A stretch of DNA of 64,000 nt from positions 6,464,001 to 6,528,000 of the forward strand of contig OY970194.1 of the NCBI GenBank assembly GCA_963708075.1. Reading direction: 5' to 3'. The translations under genes and the position numbers were made by a program. Source of the stretch: Sedimentisphaerales bacterium (GTDB lineage: Bacteria; Planctomycetota; Phycisphaerae; Sedimentisphaerales; Anaerobacaceae). Below the pieces are notes generated by a model. That model was not told the DNA's origin, made no database searches, and saw only the letters and a program-made list of their open reading frames with translations. Below are positions 1-10,227 of this stretch, piece by piece; the stretch's first letter is position 1; every line of letters starts with the position of its first letter.

Positions 1-1004
1 ACCGACTCAATCCCACGGAGCATGCCTCGCCAAGCATCCAGAGCACTCACCGGTTCGAAGACAAGGCGGGTTGCCCAATCCTTTGCCTCAGGCATCAAGA
101 GCGGCTCGTAATCACCGCTGCGATCCACGGCCCGCTGGAACAAGCGATTGAGCGCAGCCAAAGCCTCGTCGGGCTTCTTGATGGAGCGGCGCAGGTCAAG
201 ACGCGGCAGGTCCTTGAAACGTGCGCGCAAAGCCTTATAGAAGATGAGCCGGTTGGCCCATACGTAAACAAGGGTCTTGGCCATGTTGTCCGTCGCCTTG
301 ACCCATTCCTCCTGCGGCGTCCGAACATAAGTCCAATCCTGATCCGCCATCCACCGCTGAACGCGGAGGTCAAACGTTTTGTTCCTGTCCGCATGTGCCA
401 GGATGTACGCGCCGGCCAGTTGCCGGGGCCAATCAAGATGACTTTCCAGAGAGTGGATGAAGACATCATCTGGCGGAATCGACCAGTCGTCTCGCCGTCC
501 AGAGAGGATATCGGCAAGATCGTGCAACAAGTCAGGGAGGAAGCTAGTCTTGATGAAGTTGAGATTCTCTTCACGAGCAACGGCCTCGGGACTCGCCAAG
601 TTTCTCGCGAGTCGCCACACCCGGATGCGCCGGTCGATAAGAGGACGATCCCAAAGGCCGCGGTCAAACAGTACAAACTCGTTGACGTTCCAAGTGAAGA
701 AGAACTGGACGTTCTCATTATCTGCCTTGGTGAAGGCATCCTGCATGAGCTTCTCAGCAAATGCGGAGCGTCCTTCGGGTGTTCCCGGCAACTTCACTTC
801 GCCGCAGAGGATCACCTTGCCGCTGTAATCGAAGAATCGGAGGTCTTTGCGTTTGGACCGGCCCGTGCCTGTCCCGAAGCCTTCCACCCGCGCGTCACGA
901 AAGGGACTATAGCCACTTGTATTCTGGCTTACCAAAACACCGACTGCGGTGGCTATTTGCGAACAGAAATCAACCTCATGGATCGTGGATTTCACCGAAG
1001 CCAC
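1..1004 (-). CDS. Probable type IIG restriction-modification enzyme, N-terminal part (runs off the window start)
   Basis: Not in the ORF track; translated by hand. GTG at 1004 with GGAAGG upstream and an open frame to base 1: MASVKSTIHEVDFCSQIA...KRKDLRFFDYSGKVILCGEVKLP...FFFTWNVNEFVLFD...ANRLIFYKAL. A D-x(n)-EVK PD-(D/E)xK-like motif followed by a helical region matches the N-terminus of fused REase-N6-MTases. The MTase motifs would lie outside the window. Confidence 0.65.
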   Translation of the reverse strand, partial: MASVKSTIHEVDFCSQIATAVGVLVSQNTSGYSPFRDARVEGFGTGTGRSKRKDLRFFDYSGKVILCGEVKLPGTPEGRSAFAEKLMQDAFTKADNENVQFFFTWNVNEFVLFDRGLWDRPLIDRRIRVWRLARNLASPEAVAREENLNFIKTSFLPDLLHDLADILSGRRDDWSIPPDDVFIHSLESHLDWPRQLAGAYILAHADRNKTFDLRVQRWMADQDWTYVRTPQEEWVKATDNMAKTLVYVWANRLIFYKALRARFKDLPRLDLRRSIKKPDEALAALNRLFQRAVDRSGDYEPLLMPEAKDWATRLVFEPVSALDAWRGMLRGIES

Positions 1005-1211
1005 TATGGTGCCCTTCCGTGAGACATACGGGACCGCTCTCCTGCACTCCATCGGGCATGACCTACATCGTTTTCCATAACGCCACGGTGAAGTCTTCCC
1101 TCTTCAAAAGTCGCCATGGCCCTGACCAACCAAGTTCTTGAGCCATCAACAGGGACCCATAGTAGTCTCGGCAAGTGCGCTTGGCAAGCCGCAGTTTTGG
1201 ACTGTCAGCTA

Positions 1212-2589
1212 TTAGGTGGTCAATGTTGCCAGGACCCCGTCAATGGCATTCTTCTCTATTCTGACCGTGACAAGGTCATTCGTGGCTGGGGGGTGGGGGG
1301 AGTCGGGGAGCTCGACCATGAAGTATCGTTCGGCACGGCCGGCGGGGTGGGGGGCGGTGGTTTCGATCAGGACTTGGGCGGTTTCGCCTAGGAACTGGGT
1401 GCGGAATTGGGTCTGGAGGGTTTCGTCGAGGGTGCGGAGAGTCTGGGAGCGAGCCTTTTTGAGTTCCGGGGGGACTTTGGGCTGCATTTTGGCGGCGGGG
1501 GTGCCTTGGCGCGCGGAGAAGACGAAGACGTGCATCTTGGCGAAGGCGACTTCCTTGGCCAGGGCGAGCGTTTCGCCGAAATCGGCGTCGGTTTCACCTG
1601 GGAAACCTACGATAATATCGGTCGTTATGGCGGGGCGGTCCAGGCGGGATCGGATCAGGGCGACCTTGTCGCGGAAGTCGTCGGCGGTGTAGGGTCGGGC
1701 CATCCGGTGGAGGACGGCGTTCGAGCCGGACTGCAGGGACAGGTGCAGGTGCGGCATTATATTAGGATGGGTGGCGAAGACGTCCATCAGGCGGGGAGTC
1801 ACGTCCGCGGGGTCGAGCGAGCTTAGGCGAATGCGGGCAAGGTTGGTGATTTGGGCAATCTTGTCCAGCAGGGCGGGCAGGTGCTTGTTCTCTGGGTCCG
1901 GCCAGTTGCGCCGGCGGGCGGTTCGCATAGCCGTAGGCGCCGAGGTGGACGCCTGTCAGGACGATCTCCTTGTGTCCGGCTGCCACCAGGGCCGTCGCTT
2001 CCGCGATGATTTCTTCGGGTTTTTTGAAACGAACGGCGGGTCGCGCCGTCGGTATTATGCAGTAAGAGCAGAACGCGTCACAGCCGTCCTGGATCTTGAG
2101 AAACGCGCGGGTCTGGTCCTGGAAATGCGTCAGCGAGGGCAGGTCGTCGGGCGGCTGTAAGTCGTTTTTGGACTTGACTTTGTCGCTATTTTGTGCTCTA
2201 ATCAAGGGGTCGAAGTACCTGGAGCTTTGTGCATCTGGGGTGGTTGCTTGGGTAGCGACCAGGGAGTGCAGGGTAGCGGTGAGGTCGCACCGGTCCTTGA
2301 CAACATGGACGTTCTCTCCGGCGGCGTGGAGTTCATCGGTTTGGACCGTGGGCAGACAGCCGCAGATCACGACAGCCTCGGGGTGATGTTTTTGGGCCAA
2401 ATGGCTGAAGTGCCGGCTCTTGGCGGATGCGGTGTGCGTCACGCAGCAGGTGTTGACGATGACCAGTTGCGGCTGCTGCGAGGGATCCACCTGCCGAAGG
2501 CCGTGGGATTCGAGAAACTGGCGAATCTGCTGGCTTTCGTAGTGGTTGACCTTGCAGCCGAGAGTTAATATGGCGAAACTCTTGAGCAT
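1212..2589 (-). CDS. mtaB: tRNA t6A37 methylthiotransferase MtaB (apparent +1 frameshift at ~1922)
   Basis: TLGCKVNHYES, NTCCVT and KIQDGCDAFCSYC (radical SAM CxxxCxxC) in ORF 1762..2589; HLHLSLQSGS and TDIIVGFPGET in ORF 1212..1928. Removing one A at 1922-1923 joins them as GAYGYATARRRNW. Confidence 0.9.
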
Positions 2590-2590
2590 A

Positions 2591-2625
2591 TGGTATAATC
2601 TACGCTTGTTGAGAGCCGTTTACAA
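2591..2625. promoter_or_regulatory. Overlapping divergent sigma70-type promoters (mtaB, probably leaderless; pilM)
   Basis: Minus strand TTGTAA-17-TAGATT (2625..2597), 7 nt before the mtaB ATG. Plus strand TGGTATAAT (2591-2599) is an extended -10 facing pilM. Confidence 0.45.
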
Positions 2626-2666
2626 GACGATAGAGAGTACCCACCAGACCGGATGGGAGGTTCATC

Positions 2667-4916
2667 ATGGCAGCAGGATCAGATGCGATTTGGGCGGTTG
2701 ACCTGGGGAATTACTCCCTTAAGGCCCTGCACCTGATGTCAGTCGGGGATGTGGTCCAGGTCATCGGCTTCGATCACATCCCGCACGGCAAGATTATCTC
2801 CAGCGGCGTCAGTGCGGCGGAGCGCGAGGAACTGATCGCGATTACGCTGCGGCAGTTCGTCCAGCGCAACGAGATCGAGTACGATCCGCTGATTGTCTCG
2901 GTGCCCAGCCAGAACAGCTTCGCCCGATTCGTCACGCTGCCGCCCGTGGAGGCCAGGAAAATCCCGGAGATCGTCCAGTTTGAGGCGGCCCAGCAAATCC
3001 CCTTCGATATAACCGAGGTGCAATGGGACTGGCAGCTCATGACCGAGGCGGATAGCCCGGAGAAGCGGGTGGGGATTTTCGCGATCAAGAACGAGGTGGT
3101 CAGCTCGGCGCTGGAGCAGTTCGAGCGAGAGGATCTGCAGGTAAGTTATGTGCAGATGGCGCCGATGGCTTTGTACAACTACCTGGTGTTCGACCGGCCG
3201 GACCTGGTCAATTCGGACAAGCGAGCCACCGTGGTCATCAACATCGGGGCCGACAGCACCGACCTGGTCGTATGCACAGCGTCGAACGTCTGGCAGCGAT
3301 GCATCGTCATGGGCGGCAATGCCTTCACGCAGGCGATTGCCGAGGCCTTCAAGCTCAACTTCGAGAAGGCCGAGAAGCTCAAACGCACCGCTCCCGTGAG
3401 CAAATACGCCCGGCAGATCTTCCAAGCCATGCGGCCGGTCTTTACCGATCTTGCGGGCGAGGTACAGAGGTCCGTCGGGTTTTACACCAGTTCGAATCCG
3501 GACGTGAAGATTGCCCGCGTAGTGGCGATGGGCGGCGGGACGAAACTGCGCGGATTGCTCAAATATCTGTCGCAGACCCTGCAGATTCCCGTGGAAAAGC
3601 CGGACGCCTACAAGCGGCTGGCCATCGCCCCGGGCCTGTCCAGCGCGAAGTTCCACGAGAACGTGGCCGACTTCAGCGTGGTGTACGGGCTGGGCCTTCA
3701 GGGCCTGGGCATGGCCCGCATCGAGAGCAACCTGCTGCCCACGAGCGTCGCTCGCTCGATGGCCTGGGCGGGCAAAACGAAGTTCTTCATCGGTGCGGCG
3801 GTGCTGCTCCTGCTAGTCTCGCTGATGTGTCTGGGACGGGTTGGATGGGACAAGGTCACCTACGCCCGGCAACAAGACACGCGGACGAGAACCAAGAGCA
3901 TAGTCAACCAGGCTCAGGGGATCGTTCAGAGCAAGGACAGCATGGGACAGCAGGAAACGAGCATCCAGGACAAGACGAGAAAGTACTTCCAATTGTTTGA
4001 GTACCGGGAAATCGTGCCGACGCTGCACGAGCTTCTCATCTCCGCGCTGCCGAATGCCAAGAACAATCCGGAGCAGCGGGCGCTCTACGAGGCGTTCGCC
4101 GCCGGCGACGTCGCCAAGGTCATGGCGGTCCCGAGGCTCCAGAGGAAGCAGCTCTTCATCACCCACCTGTCTCTCTATTATTCAGACAACCTGGCAACGG
4201 CCCAGTTCAACAAGACGGCCCTGATGCGCAGAGACCAGATGACCCAGATGCAGGGAGGCGGGGAATCGGAGATGTATGACACGGACATGATGGCGGAGAT
4301 GGAGGCCATCTACGGCAAAGACTACCTGCAACAATCCGGCATGCTGGGCGGGGGCCAGGAGGCGGTCAAGGAAGTCGGCTTCGTGGTGACCATCGCCGGC
4401 TACAGCCCATACGAGCGATTCGAGACCCTGCTGGACCCCATGGGCGTGGAGAGCCAGCCGGCCAAGTGGGGCTTCGTGACACGAATCGAGCACCTCGACA
4501 GATTCCTCGGCCTGGATCCCAACAGCACCCCGTTCGAGTTGTACAGCCGGGAGGCGGACCACTTCCTGCTGGAAAAAGGGGTCGTGGACCCGACGGCGGA
4601 CATGCCGGGCGGCGTTGGCGAGATCCAGTACGTTCAGGACCCGGCCGATCCGCAGATGAAGGCCCAGGCGGGCATGCTCGGCTACGCTGTGAATCGCGGA
4701 AAGCCGATCCTCGTGGACCCCATGACCCGCGAACAGATCGGCGCCGAAACGATCATGGACCAGTACGGCCGTCCGATGGCCGACGCGACGGGAAAGACCA
4801 GGCTCAACGAACGCGATCACTGGTTCAGCCTGCAATTCAAGCTGCTCTGGAAGTCCGGCGCCGCCGAAACGGGCAGCTCGGGCGCCGCACAGACATCCAC
4901 CCCGGGGGCCAAGTAG
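2667..4916 (+). CDS. pilM: Type IV pilus assembly protein PilM with fused TM and periplasmic (PilN-like) extension
   Basis: Actin-like motifs AVDLGNYSLKA, INIGADSTDLVV and AMGGGTKLRGL, followed by the PilN-type ESNLLP motif, a TM helix and a ~350-aa tail. RBS GGGAGG. Confidence 0.85.
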   Translation: MAAGSDAIWAVDLGNYSLKALHLMSVGDVVQVIGFDHIPHGKIISSGVSAAEREELIAITLRQFVQRNEIEYDPLIVSVPSQNSFARFVTLPPVEARKIPEIVQFEAAQQIPFDITEVQWDWQLMTEADSPEKRVGIFAIKNEVVSSALEQFEREDLQVSYVQMAPMALYNYLVFDRPDLVNSDKRATVVINIGADSTDLVVCTASNVWQRCIVMGGNAFTQAIAEAFKLNFEKAEKLKRTAPVSKYARQIFQAMRPVFTDLAGEVQRSVGFYTSSNPDVKIARVVAMGGGTKLRGLLKYLSQTLQIPVEKPDAYKRLAIAPGLSSAKFHENVADFSVVYGLGLQGLGMARIESNLLPTSVARSMAWAGKTKFFIGAAVLLLLVSLMCLGRVGWDKVTYARQQDTRTRTKSIVNQAQGIVQSKDSMGQQETSIQDKTRKYFQLFEYREIVPTLHELLISALPNAKNNPEQRALYEAFAAGDVAKVMAVPRLQRKQLFITHLSLYYSDNLATAQFNKTALMRRDQMTQMQGGGESEMYDTDMMAEMEAIYGKDYLQQSGMLGGGQEAVKEVGFVVTIAGYSPYERFETLLDPMGVESQPAKWGFVTRIEHLDRFLGLDPNSTPFELYSREADHFLLEKGVVDPTADMPGGVGEIQYVQDPADPQMKAQAGMLGYAVNRGKPILVDPMTREQIGAETIMDQYGRPMADATGKTRLNERDHWFSLQFKLLWKSGAAETGSSGAAQTSTPGAK

Positions 4917-4928
4917 GACGAACGAATC

Positions 4929-6320
4929 ATGGCGAATATCAACGTAAAAGATATCCTGAAGAAACTCAGCTTCTTCAAGAACAACCTCTCGCTGCTGGCG
5001 GCTGTCTTGATCGCCGCGGTGGCCCTGCTGCTGTTCATCCCTACACGGATCCTCGGCAGCAAGCTGCGCAAGACGATGGAGCAGGAGAGCGGGGCAACCG
5101 CGCGGACCGTCGCCTCGCTGCCCAGTCAGCTCGAGGACGCGGCCAAGTCTCGACAGATGGAGCCGTACATCAACGCCTATGCCCGCGACGCCAACCAGAT
5201 CGAGAACCTGGTAAAGCAGACCACTCTGCGCGAGCTGCTCAGCTACCGGCTCTTCCCCGACACGAACGAGAGAACGACCCTGCTGTTCGAGGAATTCGCC
5301 CGCCATTACCACAGCGGGGTGGACGCCATGCTCGAGGGCATCCGGGCCGGGGTGTCTCCGACGGACCAGGAGATCAAAGCGGCGTTGCAGCGGGCGCCGC
5401 AGCCGGGCATGGGAGCCTACGGGAACCCCTATGGGGGCGGGTACGGACCGGGCGGCGCCGACCAGACACAGTCCTTCACCGTGACGCCGTCGTCGTCATC
5501 CTTGTCGCCCTACGGTGATTACGGCGGCGGGATGGGTGGGACCTCCCTGATGCTGACCGACACGCAGCGCAAGATTTTCGATACCATTTGCCTGGAAAAG
5601 GCGCAGGCGGCGGGCGCATACGCCAACCCGATCGATGTGGCCGGCTACGTGTACTGGGCCGACTGGAAGTTCGAGAATCGTGACGCCGCCTACAAGGACT
5701 GCTGGTACTGGCAGATGGGATACTGGATGATCGAGGACGTCTTCACGACGATTCGCGAGATGAACAAAGGCTCGAGCAGCATCCTGGATGCGCCGGTCAA
5801 GCGGGTGATGAACGTCAGCTTCGTCCTGGGGCGTACGACGGGCCGGTCTTTCCGACGTGCGGGACGAAGTATGCGTGGGAAGAAGGAGGGAGAGAACCCC
5901 GTGTATGTGACCAATGCCAAGAATGGAATGACGGTCCCCTGCAGCGGGCGACTGACCTGCGAGGAGTTCGACGTCATGCATTTCAACGTCCGCACGATCG
6001 TCGAAGCCAGGAGCGCGCTGCCGTTCATGAAGCAGTTGTGTACGGCCAAGCCGCACAACTTCAGCGGATGGAAGGGCAACGAGCCCGCGCAGAAGTATTT
6101 GCACAATCAGATCACCATCCTGGAGAGCAGCACGGCCCCGGTCGATCCGGAGCGTATCGAGCACCTGGTGTATCGCTACGGGGACGCCCAGGTCGTCGAG
6201 CTGGACCTGATTTGTGAGTACGTCTTGAACAAGGCGGCTTATGAAGGTGTCAAGCCCAAGCAGGTGAAGGACGACATCACCACCGCGATTGAAAGCGCTA
6301 CGAAGGGCAAGAAGAGGTAG
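4929..6320 (+). CDS. Membrane-anchored hypothetical protein in the pilM operon (PilO-like position)
   Basis: 463-aa ORF with an N-terminal TM helix, 12 nt after the pilM stop, typical codon usage. Confidence 0.75.
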   Translation: MANINVKDILKKLSFFKNNLSLLAAVLIAAVALLLFIPTRILGSKLRKTMEQESGATARTVASLPSQLEDAAKSRQMEPYINAYARDANQIENLVKQTTLRELLSYRLFPDTNERTTLLFEEFARHYHSGVDAMLEGIRAGVSPTDQEIKAALQRAPQPGMGAYGNPYGGGYGPGGADQTQSFTVTPSSSSLSPYGDYGGGMGGTSLMLTDTQRKIFDTICLEKAQAAGAYANPIDVAGYVYWADWKFENRDAAYKDCWYWQMGYWMIEDVFTTIREMNKGSSSILDAPVKRVMNVSFVLGRTTGRSFRRAGRSMRGKKEGENPVYVTNAKNGMTVPCSGRLTCEEFDVMHFNVRTIVEARSALPFMKQLCTAKPHNFSGWKGNEPAQKYLHNQITILESSTAPVDPERIEHLVYRYGDAQVVELDLICEYVLNKAAYEGVKPKQVKDDITTAIESATKGKKR

Positions 6321-6358
6321 GATCGTACGGACTGAACAGTTGTGTGGCGGGATGAGTT

Positions 6359-8599
6359 ATGCAGGACCTGATCAAAAAAGTCGGACGTTTCGTCGAGAAC
6401 CACGTCGAGAAGATCGTGCTTGTCGCTGTGGGCGTGGTGTGCGTGGTGCTGTTCTTCAAGTGGGTGATCTTCAGCCCGGCCGTCGTGACGCTGGATGGAA
6501 AGAAGTTCAGCGCCGGCCGGATCGATAAGGAGATCTTCGCGAAGGCCCAGGAGCTCGAACGCAGCATCAACAGCGGCGGCGAAGGTCAAAAGGCCCCGGC
6601 GTACAAGTCCGTGCTCACCAGCCGGATCGATGTGAACAACCCGGTCGTCGCCGGGCTCTTCGAGCACCCGTTGCCGCAGGGGTTCATGGGTCTGTTCCGC
6701 TCGCCCCTCGGGTCGATCACCAGCGGCGGCCCGATCATGCCCCCCGGCCGCACCGTCGCGGGCAGCCTTCGCAGGTTCAAGCTGCCTCCGCGCATCGGAG
6801 AGGTCACGGACGTGGCCGCCGTTCACCTGCGAGCGGCCGCCTGGGTCCCCCTGGAAGAGCTGACCCCGCAGAACGGATACGAGAAGGTGGACGTCGAGGC
6901 CAACGACGTCGATCTGGTGACGGTCGAGGCGAAATTCGACACGGTCCAGTTGTATCGCCAGTTCCGCGCGTATTTCGCCGGCGAGAATGTGGCCAAGGCG
7001 GAGTGGCGCGACCCGTGCCTGGCGGAGCCGGTCTTTGCGGCCGTGCAACTGCAAAGACAGGAGTTGCTCCGCGACGGCGTCTGGTCGGACTGGCAGGAGG
7101 TTCCACGCAGCCGGTCGGAGTCCTACGGAGAGCTCTTCACGGTCAACGAGCGAATCGAGGACCTGCCTCCGGGAGGTCTTGATATCCGGATGATGCAGAT
7201 GCGGTCGCCCATGGTCCGGATGAGCCTGCTGCAGCCGGAAGGCTACCAGATCGCCTCCTCTGAGGAGGACTGGTTCCCGCCGAGCTTCTACGGCAAGTTC
7301 AAGACGCTGCAGCGGAAGGTGGACATGGAGGAGAAGCGGGAGGAAAGAGAGAAAGATCAGGGGACACAGCAGACCCGTGACGGCGGCCGGATTCGCTCCG
7401 GCGGCGTGGGAGGCGCCCAGGGCGGTCAGGCGACCGGCGCCGGGGGACGATATCGCTCCGGTACGGCCGGTGGCGGGGCGGGCGACTCGATGTACGGCGG
7501 CGCCGGCGGCACGCGGGACCGTCGCGGCCGCGGCGGGCAGGCCCAGCAGGACGCCGCGTACGGCCCGGGCGCCGGCGATCAGACCACGCGTAAGAGAGGC
7601 GCCTCGAAAGCGCGGACACGAAACGCCGACGAGGCGGGCATGTACGGCGAGACGATGTATGGGCCGGGCGGGGACATGACGGGCAAGACCACCACCAACG
7701 AGGTGTACTACGACTTTGCTCAGACGCTGATCAACTACCGCACAAAGCTGGACGAGTCGGAGAAGCCCCTGTTGTTCTGGGCGTTCGACGATACCGCGCA
7801 GCCCGGCCACACCTATCAGTATCGCATCCGCCTGGGAGTCTTCAATCCCGTCGCCGGGACCAATCAACTGGCCGAGCAGAGCGCGGATAAGAAGGACCAG
7901 GTCATCCTCTGGAGCGAGTTCTCCGGCATTACTAAGCCGGTGGAAGTCCGCGAGCGGATGTATTTCTTCGCCAAGGACGTGCAGGAGGCGAAGAAGAGCA
8001 CGACCGTCGAGGTCGCCCGCTATATGCTCGGGTACTGGCGCAGCGCCGATTTCGATGTGAAGCCGGGCGAGGCGATCGGCAAGGAGATGGCGCCGCCCAA
8101 GGTGGAAGAAAAGAAGCGTCTGCCTGGACAGGGCCCTCGGATCACGGATCCGGCGTACGCGGCGTATGACACGATGGGCATGGGCATGCCCGGCGCGCCG
8201 GGTTTTGGGCCTGCCGATCCGACCAAGGCCACGACGCCGGAACTGATCGACTACCGCACGGGCAAGGTTCTTCTCGATCTGGTGCAGGTCGGCGACTGGG
8301 GCGAGGCCCCGAACCTGCGTCCCCGCATGTACAATGAAATGCTTTACACGAGTGACGGCCGGAATATCGAGCATATGCCGATCAGCACGACGAACTGGCC
8401 GAAGGATCTGGTGGCCGCGTATCAATATGTCAAGACGGAGCTGCGCAAGGAACCTCAGGCGTTCCGGCAATTCAAGAAAGGCGGCATCCGCGGCCGCATG
8501 CAGCCCGGCATGGGCGGCTATGAAGGCATGGGGGGCATGTACGAGGACATGATGTACATGCAGGGCGGTCCCGGCGGCCCGGGCGGTGCCCGCCGCTAA
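6359..8599 (+). CDS. Membrane-anchored hypothetical protein with Gly/Met-rich segments, third gene of the pilM operon
   Basis: 746-aa ORF; N-terminal HVEKIVL plus TM; C-terminal DDTAQPGHTYQYRIRLGVFNP resembles an FN3-like strand. Confidence 0.75.
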   Translation: MQDLIKKVGRFVENHVEKIVLVAVGVVCVVLFFKWVIFSPAVVTLDGKKFSAGRIDKEIFAKAQELERSINSGGEGQKAPAYKSVLTSRIDVNNPVVAGLFEHPLPQGFMGLFRSPLGSITSGGPIMPPGRTVAGSLRRFKLPPRIGEVTDVAAVHLRAAAWVPLEELTPQNGYEKVDVEANDVDLVTVEAKFDTVQLYRQFRAYFAGENVAKAEWRDPCLAEPVFAAVQLQRQELLRDGVWSDWQEVPRSRSESYGELFTVNERIEDLPPGGLDIRMMQMRSPMVRMSLLQPEGYQIASSEEDWFPPSFYGKFKTLQRKVDMEEKREEREKDQGTQQTRDGGRIRSGGVGGAQGGQATGAGGRYRSGTAGGGAGDSMYGGAGGTRDRRGRGGQAQQDAAYGPGAGDQTTRKRGASKARTRNADEAGMYGETMYGPGGDMTGKTTTNEVYYDFAQTLINYRTKLDESEKPLLFWAFDDTAQPGHTYQYRIRLGVFNPVAGTNQLAEQSADKKDQVILWSEFSGITKPVEVRERMYFFAKDVQEAKKSTTVEVARYMLGYWRSADFDVKPGEAIGKEMAPPKVEEKKRLPGQGPRITDPAYAAYDTMGMGMPGAPGFGPADPTKATTPELIDYRTGKVLLDLVQVGDWGEAPNLRPRMYNEMLYTSDGRNIEHMPISTTNWPKDLVAAYQYVKTELRKEPQAFRQFKKGGIRGRMQPGMGGYEGMGGMYEDMMYMQGGPGGPGGARR

Positions 8600-8635
8600 T
8601 CGAAGCCTCCGCCACGCCTGATAAGCAAACCTGAT

Positions 8636-8676
8636 TGCGGACTGCGGTTTCTCGACCGCAGTCCGCATTTTCTTTT
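8636..8676 (+). terminator. Rho-independent terminator of the pilM operon
   Basis: Perfect 12-bp stem TGCGGACTGCGG / CCGCAGTCCGCA followed by TTTTCTTTT. Confidence 0.8.
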
Positions 8677-8791
8677 CCCTCCGAACCCTCCGGTCTGCAA
8701 CGGCATGCCTACGTCGCGCATGGCCAGTCACATGTTCCTTGTGCCACGCATCATAGGGTCCAGATGTGTCTGTGAAAGGAACTTGGTGGTC

Positions 8792-8925
8792 GGGTGGCAG
8801 CGGCAAGGCCGCAGGCCTTGGCGATGGCTGCATCGCATCCCAAAAATGCCATCGCCAAGCTGCGCTTGACGCTGCCACCCAAGAGTCTCATCCTCGCTCT
8901 GCCACAATCGTGTCGTACACCCCCG
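8792..8925. repeat. Palindromic repeat family A (GGGTGGCAGC...GCTGCCACCC) with a conserved ~45-bp flank
   Basis: Inverted arms at 8792-8880. The arm plus the 8881-8923 flank is a near-exact reverse complement of 63866-63940. Other copies at 36905-36985 and 37566-37628 (partial). Confidence 0.85.
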
Positions 8926-9016
8926 CCTGCCTCCCGTGACAGAATCCCTGGATGAATCTGTCACGAGCGGGTATGATGGCGGGGAAGACAGATTTCATTT
9001 TTACAGGAGGTGTCGA

Positions 9017-10198
9017 ATGGCTTCGAGGCGGTTCACGATGTTTCTGCTGTTGCTTGTGACGATCATTGGCGCCGAGGCGCGGGCGGGGGAGTTCTATGCG
9101 AAGTGGGCGCACGGCCCGAGCGCGGACAAGAGCTTTTTCCCCATCGCTGTATGGCTGCAGAGTCCGGCCAAGGCCCCGCAGTATCGCGAGGCCGGGATCA
9201 ACGTCTATGTCGCGCTCTGGCGAGGTCCCACGGAGGAGCAGTTGCAGACGCTGAAGCAGGCGGGAATGCTGCTCATCTGCGATCAGAACAAGGTGGCGCT
9301 GGCGCACAAGGACGACCCGACGATCGTGGCGTGGATGCACGGGGACGAGCCGGACAACGCCCAGTCGCTGGGAGAGGGCAAGGGCTACGGCCCGCCGGTT
9401 CCGCCGGAGAAGATCGTGGCGAACTACGAGCGCATCCGGGCGGCCGATCCGAGCCGGCCGGTGCTGCTGAACCTGGGGCAGGGCGTGGCCTGGGACGGCT
9501 GGTACGGCCGGGGCGTTCGCACGAATCATCCGGAGGATTACCCGGAGTACGTGAAGGGCTGTGACATCGCCTCGTTCGACATTTACCCGGTGACACACGA
9601 CAAGCCGGATGTGGCGGGGAAACTCTGGTACGTGGCACAGGGCGTCGAGCGGCTGCGGCAGTGGGCGGGGGACCAGAGGCTCGTCTGGAATTGCATCGAG
9701 TGCACGAGGATCAGCCATCCGACGCAGAAGCCCACGCCGCACCAGGTGCGCTGCGAAGTCTGGATGTCCCTCATCCACGGCAGCATGGGCCTGATCTACT
9801 TCGTGCACGAGTGGCAGCCCAAGTTCAACGAGTCGGCGCTGCTGAGCGACCCCGAGATGCTCGCCGGCGTCACGCAGATCAACCATCAGATTCATGAGCT
9901 GGCCCCGGTCCTGAACAGCCCGACTGTGCCCGGCGCGGTCACGGCCGTCCCGGAGGATAGCAATGTCCCCGTGGCGGTGATGGTGAAGCGGTACGAGGGA
10001 GCGACGTATGTCTTTGCGGTCGGCATGCGGGACGGCCGGACACGGGCCAACTTCACGATCCAGGGTCTCAGCGGCGATCAGCAGGTCGAGGTGCTCGGCG
10101 AGTCCCGCAGCCTGACGGCGCATGCCGGAGCCTTTGGCGACAACTTCAACGCCTGGGACGTTCACCTGTACCGCATCGGCCCGGCCGCTGCCCGGTGA
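9017..10198 (+). CDS. Exported hypothetical protein, possibly glycoside-hydrolase-like
   Basis: RBS AGGAGG and ATG at 9017; signal peptide (ARA-GE); WMHGDEPDN and FDIYPV motifs resemble TIM-barrel hydrolases. Confidence 0.7.
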   Translation: MASRRFTMFLLLLVTIIGAEARAGEFYAKWAHGPSADKSFFPIAVWLQSPAKAPQYREAGINVYVALWRGPTEEQLQTLKQAGMLLICDQNKVALAHKDDPTIVAWMHGDEPDNAQSLGEGKGYGPPVPPEKIVANYERIRAADPSRPVLLNLGQGVAWDGWYGRGVRTNHPEDYPEYVKGCDIASFDIYPVTHDKPDVAGKLWYVAQGVERLRQWAGDQRLVWNCIECTRISHPTQKPTPHQVRCEVWMSLIHGSMGLIYFVHEWQPKFNESALLSDPEMLAGVTQINHQIHELAPVLNSPTVPGAVTAVPEDSNVPVAVMVKRYEGATYVFAVGMRDGRTRANFTIQGLSGDQQVEVLGESRSLTAHAGAFGDNFNAWDVHLYRIGPAAAR

Positions 10199-10227
10199 TC
10201 GGGTAAGAAACCGGATGGTTTGGGTGC

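Noticed and set aside
95..1022. ORFs 95..760 (-) and 393..1022 (+)
   Set aside because: Shadows of the longer minus-strand R-M-like frame <1..1004.
1915..1930. Programmed ribosomal frameshifting at the split genes
   Set aside because: No slippery heptamer or stimulatory structure, and the genes are unrelated; a sequencing indel is more parsimonious.
6239..8878. 879-aa minus-strand ORF and similar long antisense ORFs (8888..10165, 30591..32147, 48232..50154, 54918..56369)
   Set aside because: Antisense shadows of high-GC genes that have clear motifs on the other strand.
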